64,000 nt of DNA from positions 62,001-126,000 of the forward strand of contig JBPGPT010000028.1 of the NCBI GenBank assembly GCA_051047955.1. The letters run 5' to 3'. Below are positions 53,739 to 64,000 of the stretch, piece by piece (position 1 is the first letter of the stretch; every line of letters starts with the position of its first letter). The DNA is from Cystobasidiomycetes sp. EMM_F5 (taxonomy: Eukaryota). A program made the translations under genes and the position numbers. The notes under the pieces were generated by a model. It did not search any database and was not told the origin of the DNA. It saw nothing but the letters and a program-made list of their open reading frames with translations.

Positions 53739-55522
53739 TCAAGCCTTCCACTTCTGATTCCATATTGGTATAGCATGGTGCTCAGTGCTACGACTGCGTT
53801 GAAGCGATGACAAGCGGTCGAGGAGGGCTTCGCGGTCGTCAAGCAGAGTACGCAGATAATCAACAGCTGCAAACGACCTTCAGACCGGTCCATATTATGA
53901 ACAGACGAGCGTAAATGTCGCTTACTCTTTGCCAAAACCACGGCTTCACTCTTTGGACCCGCTCGACCATCAATCTTTTCGCCTCCGACTTCGATCCCGC
54001 CAGTCAGGACTCCAGCGATACCAGCTGCGTTATTGTTGCCGCTCGCAGTGCTGACAGTGCGCTGACTTCCAGCGACCTTTGAAAGCCGTTCGTCGTATTC
54101 CCGAATAGCAGCACGCAGCGCAGGCACAGCTACACAGAGCTCGTCATACGCCGCTTTGATTGCTGTCCGCCGGCGTTGTTCCGACATGATGTGGTTTGCT
54201 CGCTTTTGCTCTTCGGTCAGAGGCACGGCTCTCGCTATCGATGGGACAATCTGGCTGGGCGGGGACGTCGTGTCGTCTAATGTCGTGCTTTCAGGCATCT
54301 CGTCTACGCCATCTGTTTTGACACCGAGGTGCGCAGCAGAAGCACTACAATCTGCACGTGGTGCGGCAACTTGCGCTAAAGAAGCACTCATCGATGATTT
54401 CCGTTTTGCTGTACTAGCGCTGCTACTTTTCCGACGCGTCGTTGACGACTTGGATGCGCTAGAGGTGCGTTTCGCTTGCAAAGTAGGTAGCTCCTGAGAG
54501 GCTTCCTGACTAGTAACGTCCTTCTGCTGCACGCGTGGACGTTTTGTCGTTCTACCGTGACTAGCTTCCAGTTGATCATCATGACCATCCAGATAGTATG
54601 AGGCTGAAGCTTTGCCTGTAGCGCCACTATCGGAGGAGTGTAATGTGTGAAGAGATTGCTGCCATTGTAGAGTTGGGGAGGCATGTACCAGATCCGGAGA
54701 TCTGTATGCAATATTTGCCGGAAGGAGGGTAGGCGTTGGCAGGGAGGGTTCTGAGGTGCTCGTGGACGAAGTCGAGGCGGACGATGCTCCGAGCATATGT
54801 ACGTCGTGCTGACGCATGGACGGATAGTTTGAGTTGGCCTGCGCCCTTTCATGCGGTCCAGTCGCCGACTGCTGTGGTGGCTGCTGGGTTGCAGGATAAA
54901 AGTCGCGTCCGATCATGGTGCTCGTCCCGTGTGATAGTCGTCGCTCGAAAGAGTGCATTGGTGCTGGCTGAATCTCTGCCGACGAATGCTTGTTTGCCAA
55001 GAAACCTCGCATCTCTAGCCAGCTCGCGAGTTCTTGCGCTTGATTTCGCATTCTATGCTCGTGAGCCACGTCGCCGGCTACCGAGTAAGCGTGTCCTATG
55101 CGACCTTCGCTCCGCATAGACGAGCTCGATGGTGATGTCGGTCGGCCTGCTTCTGATCGTGTGTACAGGGTATTGGCGGATGGGTGGCCGGCCAGGAGAG
55201 TCGGGGGATACGGCGCCGCAAACGCAGAGGGAGCCATGGAAGACTGCAGACTGGTCGAGGCGTGTGAGATGTAGGAGCCAGTCTGTGAGGGACGTAGAGG
55301 GATTGCCGGGCTACCGAGTTGAGCGTCAAACCACCCGTTGAGCTGTTGCTGCTCAGACTGCGACAGGAGACCAGACGTGGGTGCCATGGCGGTATACTGA
55401 TTGCTGATACTCCCTGCGGTTGCCGTGATTTGCTGCGAGTCTCTGGCTTGATTGACGTTCCAATGTGACTCCTTGCCATTCAACGGAGCCTGAAACGCCT
55501 GAAACGGTGCTGGATGAGCCAT
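53739..55522 (-). CDS. bHLH transcription factor (Ino4/Mlx-like basic region)
   Basis: LTEEQKRANHIMSEQRRRTAIKAAYDELCVAVPAL...GPKSEAVVLAK|TVDYLRTLL after splicing. Confidence 0.88.
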
Positions 55523-55863
55523 GGCTGCGAGTAGCTTGTCGTGTATTCGTATGCTGAGCAGAGCAGCGTTGAAGAGGCCAGCCGGCTACAACTTTGCCAT
55601 TATCGTCGATTTCCAGGTATCGCAGACTGCTGATTCGCCGCGTAAACGGGCTGGCCTGGCCTGCTCGATGCCGACAGGAATGACTGATATATCTCTCAAA
55701 CAGAGGTGCAGTGTTGTTGGTGTTTTGTTCAAATTGGTCGGATGCTGAGCATTCTCATTTCCGACGTTGAGCTGAGACTGCAACTTGCCAATTGAATACA
55801 ATGAACAACATGGACATGACTATGAGCTGAAGAGTACAAATAGATGGCTGCTCAAGAGTCACA

Positions 55864-56741
55864 ATGGACGTCGATGAGCCCTCGTCGCCAGAGGCAGCAA
55901 CGCCCGAGCTGCCCGACGATATTGACGACGTCTTTAGCGACGACGACGACGGCGAGCGAGTGCGCGATGGACCGCTGACTGTGCCAGCGACGACGACCTC
56001 GGCCACCGCGTCGGGGTCTGGCGTCGAAGGCAGCGGGGACGAGAATGAAGGCAACGACGACGACGACGACGACGAAGACGATGAAGAAGATGCGGCCGCT
56101 CAAGCGGTGCAGAGCCTGACTGTCAGCGAGAGGGAGATACTGACACTGCTAGCCGTGGACAAGGTGGGCAAGCATGGACTCGGAAATTTCATCGAAGGAC
56201 ATCTAACTATCTTCTCAGAAACTGACATCCGTCCTTGATCTCGCTGCTAACGCCCTCGACTGTCTCGGCCCTCCACAAGCTGCGTCAGCCATTGCCGACC
56301 CACTCAAGCTGTTCGAAGCAGCCGCAAGCGAATACTACAAGGCCTTGGATGTGAGACCTTGCGCTCTGTGCAGCTTCTCCGCTTTCCGCTGACATCGCAT
56401 TCGAACTCTAGGACATACAGCTCACCCTCCGCAACTCGATACACCTCGTGCGGCAGCATCGCATCCCACCTAGCCTCCTCGTCTCCTCCCTCGCTCATCC
56501 AGCATCAACCTCCGTTCTATCGCCAAGCGGACCGATTGCACCCGGAGTAGTGCCTGCCGAGTCAGCAGACACCAGCTCCATCGACGCGGCGTCCCCGCTG
56601 GGTAAAGGCGCAATGCGAATGCAAGCTGAGGCATGGAACGATCTCGCTCAAGCTCTACACAGCTTGCAGTTGCCACGTTCAGGGGATAAGACTTCTCCTG
56701 ACTCTTTGGACGATATTGCGCATTCTAATGGGCTGCTATGA
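55864..56741 (+). CDS. MED11: Mediator subunit Med11-like with acidic N-terminal extension
   Basis: Spliced: ILTLLAVDKKLTSVLDLAANALDCL...FEAAASEYYKALDDIQLTLRNSI...AMRMQAEAWNDL, resembling the fungal Med11 helices. Confidence 0.65.
56055..56091 (+). repeat. (GAC)n/GAA acidic microsatellite in the MED11-like gene
   Basis: gacgacgacgacgacgacgaagacgatgaagaagat. Confidence 0.8.
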
Positions 56742-56868
56742 ACATTCCGAACCCTTCAATTAAGGTAGTATCCTATCTTGTAACGCCTTTTCGCAAGCGT
56801 CGGCGTCCCGACTATGTGCGATCTCCGACGAATACTGCACACAGCTGCTCAGACGGTGGTAGCCATCG

Positions 56869-58362
56869 TTAACGACAAATTGTACGCACCGATTGTAGCG
56901 TGACGCTCGCGACATTAATGGAAGTCTCTGGACCAAGACGTCTGTCAAGCAGTCCTCCACTACGCAATTGGCCTAGTGAGGACGAATCGTGCCTCGCGTC
57001 ACCAGGCGATTCTGCAACATACCTTGGCGCAAAGCTCAATCCAGCACGATCAATGCTCTGGCCTGTAAAGCCGCGCGGGCAATCAGATTGTTGCAGTCCG
57101 GAACTCTCCGTGTCCCTCGTTCGAGTACTCCTCAAATTGAGATTGAAGAGCAGAGTAATGGTGTAGATATTGCTGCACACAAATCCAATCGCCTATAATG
57201 CGGATCGTCAAGTTCATCACAAATACCGTGGGTAAGATAGCGAAACCGTATCACGGGAGTATTGCTTGGCTGATTCAGCCGTAGTGCTATAGCGGCAGCC
57301 AACGCACAGGCCGACGTTAATGAACCTGAATCACCAACGTTGTCGACAATGTTAGCCGGGAAGTGATATTATACGGAGACCTTACCGGATTCGCTACAGC
57401 GATGTTGGCAGTGTCAGATTTGTTGTGTGCTTCGGCTGAGCGAAACGACCTACACGCTGATCACCATGATCCGGCGTAGAAGTATGCGAGTATCGGCGAA
57501 TGAGGTATTGCTGTAGTGACGCCACAGACAGATAATCATCGCGATGGCCAGCTGTCGAGGATGATTAACTCCCGTATAATCAGTTCCCGAACAAGTCTCG
57601 CTCGATATAGTCGCTCACAATCCAGTCCGTTGCAGCAGAGACTGCAAAGTAAGCTGTTACTGGGCCCAGTAGCTCTACGGTGATCCTGTTTAGCCCAACG
57701 AACAGGTTTTACCTGCGAAGATACTTACCATCTCGTTCTGGTATCATTGTGAGAGCACTGATGGAATATGCAAAGTAGCACGCAAGAGCGGCCTGCGGGG
57801 TGTATAAAGTATCAGCATGGCAACTACGATAAGCGTTCTTGTTGGTTCCGGGATACTGACGGAAGCTCCGACAAAACAACTCAATATTGCAGTCAATGGA
57901 ATACTCCCCGACAAACGATAGAACCGCTGCGTCAAGTAGTTATGAAGGATCGCCCCGGAGATACCCATAGTCGTCACAAAAATCACGAAGGGTGGCCCTT
58001 GCTGAGTTACTGCGCTCAAGTCGCCGTAGTGCCTGACGACAAAGTTGTAGACCGTACAGCACGCCGTTATGGCTCCTATTATATCGTTTGTACAGGCAAT
58101 ACCGACCATGAACGCGATCCATTTTCTGTGAGATCATCAGCACCTGTCATTGCAAGGGTAGATTGCTCAACCTAACTGACTCGTCTTTGCGGAACTTGCG
58201 AAAGTATTGTACGACCATTGCAGCTTCGAGCGTCAGAGTCATCTATGATGGGTTTATGGTCAAACGATGACCAAAGTATGCATGCCAGCAAATCACCAGA
58301 TTCAGCCATGAGCCTATGAGCAGTGGAGCTAGAAAGCGCGGGATGACCAGAGTCTCATCCAT
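56869..58362 (-). CDS. Multi-pass membrane protein, DUF6534-like (basidiomycete family)
   Basis: PLLIGSWLN, YFRKFRKD, VVRHYGD, YLTQRFYRLS, SAATDW, IYTITLLFNLNLR. The 3' end is approximate. Confidence 0.7.
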
Positions 58363-59714
58363 CGTGGCTGGTGATGTAAGTCGGGAGACGATGCGTGAGA
58401 GACGACAACCCGGCGGAAGAAGTATTTACAGAGTGAGTCAGGATTCGGCGTAAGCAGCAAAAGCATCTGCGCAATCAGGTCATCTTAACGTCAGCGGATA
58501 TGTTCCGACACACTCGGAGGCGGACGGGTACTAGTGCACTCTATCTTATCGGCGGGACAAGACTGCAACTTGGTATGGGCGTCATATAAGCGCGTTCGGT
58601 AGTCATGAGTCTCTGTCCGTGAATTTGTGAAGAACTGTATCAGCAGGTTCGGCGAATGTTCAGCTGCCGATGGGTTCTGCATTCTATAGAGCCTTAGATG
58701 ATCTAGACGCAAGCACGTCGCAGCCCAACAAGTCACGCATAGCTTGTCACAAAACGGGACAGCAGCGAGTTTATCCATTGAGGTTTAGCCCGCATGGTCT
58801 GAAGACAACGCCACATCAGGTTGCGCACGGGAACGTAAGATAAATTTAAAGAGAAACAGACCTCAATTTGAGGTATTCCTGTATGGCTACACGATTAGAA
58901 TGCGATAACATTTCTCCGAACCTATCGTTTCAATACCCATTTGTGCTCATATAGATTGTCGTGGCCTGCTTGTTCTCCTTTGGTGAACGAATTGACCCTA
59001 GGTCATACTAGTTAGTCATCGCCCCCCGAGTACAACTCACACAGGGCTAGACAAGCTTGAGGCCATTCCACATGCCGTACTGTTCCTGCCGGCAATGCGT
59101 CCGCCGAGCTGATCCGGCAAGGGGCTCGTGCTGCTGGTATTAAAGGCCACTCTCCTGGCTGTTTACTTCCTCGTGCCACTAGGGCCGCCGTGACTTGTGG
59201 GATTTTGACTGACAAAAGTCTGCGACCCGCGCTCAGTGCTGCTCTGCACGTGCTACCGGATGGCTCTGCCAAAGCTGTCTGTAGGGAAAGCTAGTCCTTG
59301 ATGCTCCTGTCTGCGTGTCGGCTGTCTAATTGAACATGGGTGCTCTGCTGGTCAAGAAGAGTATTGTTTTTAAATGCGTTAGATGCATCCCAGATTGCAT
59401 TGTATTCCGTCTCGCCGAAGTATACTGCAGCCGAGTGGGCGGATCCTTTCGAAACATCGAAGCCTTCCTTCCTAGATTTTTCGCCTCTGAACGACCGGCA
59501 GGAGAGGTTATCTACGGCTGGCCTGCACACATGTTCACACCGCAGTCGATCTCTTCGCGTTTGACGACTGGCATGGTTTGGGGAAAGATTTTCCCGTTGC
59601 CGATGTCATTGGCAAGGCAAGCAGACCTTGCATTCAGGAATCGTAGACGTGACTGCGTACAAGAAGTGCTGTCGATGTCTGTGTGGCGGCAGGGGAAGAC
59701 TGTGAGAAGACTAT

Positions 59715-62700
59715 TCACCACTTCGACGAGGCAGTCCATTCATTGCTGGCCCAAGGATCGTGCTTCAAGGCACTCGGATGATCTTCCGTCGATGAAGCCC
59801 ATGGACTGGGCTCGTAGCCATTGGCTATTGAGATGTGGCCATTTTCATTGGCGAAAGTTATCGATGGGACGCCTTGCTCAGTGGTAACAGCTGACCCATT
59901 CATAAAATTTGCTGACGAAGCTGCGAAGGGATTGGCAAAGCCATACGATGGGTGAGGAGAATCGAATGTGCCGGATACATCGGCTTGCCCGTTTATCGCC
60001 GTGCGCACGTCATCAAAGCTATCGCGCAATGTCTGCTTATCATACTCTGCTTCCAATCGCTCTAGTTCCGCTTGAGCATTGCGCACATCGATAGCGGACG
60101 AGCTCATCTCTTGGGACAAGTGAGATACGCTTCTCGAGGGCGTAGGTTGCGAAGTGCGATGCGTATCCAGCGAATGCCTGAAAGCAGTGTCTACGTTACC
60201 GGCCGCTCTGGGGAATAGCTGCCCTGATCCATCGTCTTTGGCAATCTCTGCTCGGATCAGATTGATATCGAAGGCGGGCTCATTTGCTTTGCCTTGCGAT
60301 GACTGTGCCTGTGCAATGACTGGCGAGTCAGACTGCAATGAAGACTTGGTGGCCGCGGTGACCGCCTCGGCGCCCGGTCGTACCGTATCTGCACTGCCTG
60401 TTGTTATCGTATGAATGCGCGGGGGCAACTCTGCATCATCGTCATTGATGGGTTCTTTCACGGCGGACTGCACGATGGCCAGGTTCTCGCGCGAGGCGTT
60501 GGCGCTCTTAGATGATGAAGTAGAGGCTGTACTTCCCCTTCTTGCCGCATCAAGAGATGCCTTGCTTCCGCCGTCTTTCTTGAATCGGCCCAGCAGCCAT
60601 CCAGCCTTCTTTTGCTGTTCCAACCGGGCTTGTTCCATTTCTGGAGTAACGATTTCTCGCTCAGGTCTAGCATTCAAATCTTCGGGCTCATCGAAACTGT
60701 CGGCTGTCGTCTTGAAACCCAATTCTGCCAGGATTATCGGCATTAAGGAGCGATAGCTCATATGGCCAGCGAGAATATCGGTGATATCGACATTTTCGAG
60801 GCGAGGTACGCCTTCTACTGGTCGAAGGCCGGCTACGGTATTTAGGCCACCAGCAGTCGCACGGAAGAGATAGCCCAATAGCCAATCATTGCGCGCGAAG
60901 CCATTGACAAAACGCCCAGAGACTACTCCGCTAATCTCGCTCCACACTTTGCGCGAAGCAGAGACAGTAGCGCCTAAGAGAATGACCTCCTGTACCACAC
61001 CAAACGCTTTGGCTTTGGCCAGTGCGACCAATGCGTAGAATATTACGCGGGCGCCTAGTGAGAAGCCAATTAGAGAGACAGGCCGAATACCTAATGAACG
61101 ATTTATCAGAATCTGCGCCAACACTTGTCCAGCCTGACGAGCTCGATCCAGTGCATTACTCCAGGGGTTATCGATCAAATATCCAAGTTTGGTTAGCACT
61201 AAAAGTGACGTTTCAGAGCTCCGTTATGCACCCAAAGCTTGAGTGTACCTACAGATTGGCCATTGCAAGGCGGTCATCATCGCACTCAACAGTGTCGCTT
61301 GCAAAGCTTGTTGGCCCACAGTACTAAGGACCTCGCTCGTCAAAATCTTGAGGGCATTACCAGTCTGACCCAAAGTTTTTGGTTCCCAAAGAATACTGAA
61401 TACGTCGCCGACGACCGGGTCCAAGACAGAGAAAGGTAAGCGGACATCATCCTGCGGTCCGTTCATGAAGCCAGGAACAGTAATGTAGACATTGAGACGC
61501 TTATTGTTATGCACCGGAATGAAGTCGAATTTATCGACGTGTTTTGTCCTTCGGGCCATGCCTCTGACACCAATCGACGATCCAGTGATGACACCACCCG
61601 TCGTAATGACGGCGGCACCCGCTGTACCGCCCAGGAAGGCACTGGCTCCACTGGCTCCCATTGTCGCAAGAGCTGCGCCGACTCCCGCACCAATTGCTGG
61701 AGCAAGCAGGCCTGCTGAAAGTCCAATGACCAACCCTCCACCAAGCGTAGCCAGACCCATCTTTATATATCGGCTTCTCTTCTCCTGTTTCTTTCGCAGT
61801 TCCAGCACTTCGACGTTCTCGCGCTGCGCAACGCCTTCTTGCAGTTCTAAGGCTTCGATGAGACGTCGCTCGAAGCGAACAACATCCATCCACGTCAATC
61901 CCAGACACGTCGCCATGTTGCCTAGCAAGACGCGTGATCGAGCGTCATACACGCTATCTGCAATAACTGCGAGAAATAGGTCGCACAGAATAGTCCACCG
62001 GATGTCGAGCGTAACGGTCTTGTCCGCGGCGGTCAATGTCTGACTTACGCCTGGCAATGTGTGAGGCAGAGGTTTGACCAAATTCTCGACAGCAGACAGC
62101 GGTGCAGTCTTCTCTCCGGTCATCGACGACTCGGCTGTGATGTGCAGCGGACCGGGTTTTTCGAACTGATGCCTTGTTGGTGTAGGTGCATTGGGTAACG
62201 GCATAGCATCTCGATGTATAGGGGTAGGGGGTTGTGAGTCGATCGGCGAGCGCTGATGCCGCTGTGATGCCATGGCAGCGGCCGCATCCGCTGCTGTCTC
62301 AGCTGAATCGTAGCCACCTGCCGACTTGCTGGTTTGTAACGAGACCTTCGTTTGGAGATGCGATTTTGGGTTCACTTTTCCAATCGGAGCTGGAGCCTCG
62401 TGCATTACGCCTATATCTCCCGAATCATCGTAGACAGCCGTTGTTGAGCGTGTAACGTCCTTTTCGCTATACGGCGGTGCAGGGCCCTCGTCGAGGGAGT
62501 CAGTTCCGTTGGCTGGCTCGGCGGTATGTTCGACATGCTCTTTCTCCTTATCTACAGCTTCCTGAGCAGCTCTCTTCCGCTCTTCCTCGACTTCCTGTGC
62601 AAACTCTGGGTCGTATTCTGGGTTTGGTACTGTATGCGTGGTCATCAGGGATGGCACTAGATCTGCCGAAGTCACTCCGTGTTCTGCTAGTTGCTCAATC

Positions 62701-63506
62701 ATGCGTTGCTCTGCGTTTTAGGCAGTAAAATAAGCGTTTGCGACTTGTTAGCACGTCCGAGACATACCTGCACTCTCAATCTCCATGTGTTGATACAGTC
62801 TGCCCATGATACGTGTGGCCCAATCGTCGGTACTCTCCCTCGCAGGCTGCAATTCCTTCACGCCTCTGAGCGTGCTTGCCATCTCTCGCGTGACAATCCT
62901 GCAGAGGCCGACGTAGGCTATCCTCTGCGCCTCGGTCAGCATCGTCTTTGTCGTCTGCATCTGAGCGAGGGGGGTCATTCCAGCGTTGTCGTCGAATAGA
63001 TACTGCGTCTTTGTGTGCATCTCGTCCTCGTCGGGGTCCTCGTCGACCATCAGTCGCGTATAGTCCTGCTCGTCGACGCGGCTCTTCTCCCTCCACTCTG
63101 CGCCATCGTCGTCAAAGTCGATGAGGCTCCCTGTCGCGTTAGCATTCACTTTCGACGAGCTGGCCGTGGTGCTCGAGCTCGACGTTGCGGCAGTATGGCC
63201 CGCCGAGTCTTTGATATCGACAATCCGTGCATGAACTGCCAGACTTGCTGGGCCGGGCTGCCTGTTTTGGTGCTTCTGCCTACGCCGTCTCCGCCTGTCG
63301 AGGTCGTCCAGACGGTCATCATCGTCGTCGTCGTCGTCGTCGTCGTTGGCTTCCTGGCTGCTGGTCACGGCGACTGGGCCATTATCAATGCGATCCACGT
63401 CCTCGTCGTAGGCGCGCCAGCCAGACCTGAGCGTGTCCTTTGCGGCCTTGTCCGTCGACCGCAGTACTGGCATATCCTGCCATTCCGAGTCATCATCGTC
63501 CCACAT
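59715..63506 (-). CDS. DUF726 / TMCO4 / Mil1-like alpha/beta-hydrolase membrane protein
   Basis: LDIRWTILCDLFL..IADSVYDARSR, GLATLGGGLVIGLSAGLLAP, YLIDNPW, RPVSLIGFSLGARVIF (GxSxG). Confidence 0.9.
63315..63345 (-). repeat. (GAC/GAT)n microsatellite encoding poly-Asp in the DUF726 gene
   Basis: Direct inspection: tcatcatcgtcgtcgtcg... on the + strand. Confidence 0.8.
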
Positions 63507-64000
63507 TCCCACATGAATTGGTGCAGAAACGAAACATGACTGGGGGATGCTGATGTCTCACATGGCAAAATACGAGATATATCGAATACAACACGAGCAA
63601 GGTCACCGGACTGTCCTTAGAAGACTACTGATGCATCCTCGAGCCCGTCCGAATGGCCGCTGAGGCTCTGCTGGATAAAACTTACACCGCACCTACACAG
63701 CTAACCATTCCCGCTCACTCGCCTCGTCAGTAGAAATGGGAGCGTTATTGCTCTACTCTGTACCGCTGACATTACAGTGGTCGAAGGCTCGCGTGTGCAA
63801 AAGTCTCGAGTAGGCGATTCAGACGAGTTTAGCCCTAGAGATCCGCAATCCCGCATATCACCATGGGTATCCGCCTTAGCGTCAATCCTGCCGTCACGGT
63901 CCGAGCTCTCCTACTATGTCTCATCACCCTGTCGGCGGTTTATGGAGGCCTCTTTGCAGAGCTGATGATATACTCACTTTCAAAGGGCCAATTCCCTATG

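Overview
Eukaryotic, gene-dense, intron-rich fungal DNA. Introns are mostly about 50-70 nt GT-AG with CTRAC-like branch points, and intergenic gaps are often 90-200 bp. The gene content points to a basidiomycete yeast, possibly Pucciniomycotina (inference). I reconstructed about 30 spliced genes by hand. Conserved genes: PRMT3/Rmt3, THR4, monopolin Csm1/Pcs1, a DH-PH RhoGEF, a GCKIII kinase, a Pmp3-family protein, an arrestin-like protein, two bHLH factors, ARP3, a tandem-bromodomain protein, an F-box/LRR protein, CCT3, mitochondrial uL2, DMC1, eEF1B-gamma, MED11, DUF6534 and DUF726/Mil1-like. Main oddities: (i) an accessory block at about 36.7-43.3 kb with two tandem F-box-like plus degenerate nucleotidyltransferase-like paralogues and an HNH nuclease gene; (ii) two tandem NCS1 transporter paralogues, each with an independent lesion in the same exon, sharing a 4-nt microexon and differing by a GC-AG intron; (iii) DMC1 with an ATG-only first coding exon and a 320-nt intron containing a possible poison acceptor; (iv) out-of-frame upstream ATGs 8 nt before two start codons. 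I recognised no rRNA, tRNA, CRISPR array or transposon. Family calls come from motif recognition, not database searches, and exon boundaries are manual.
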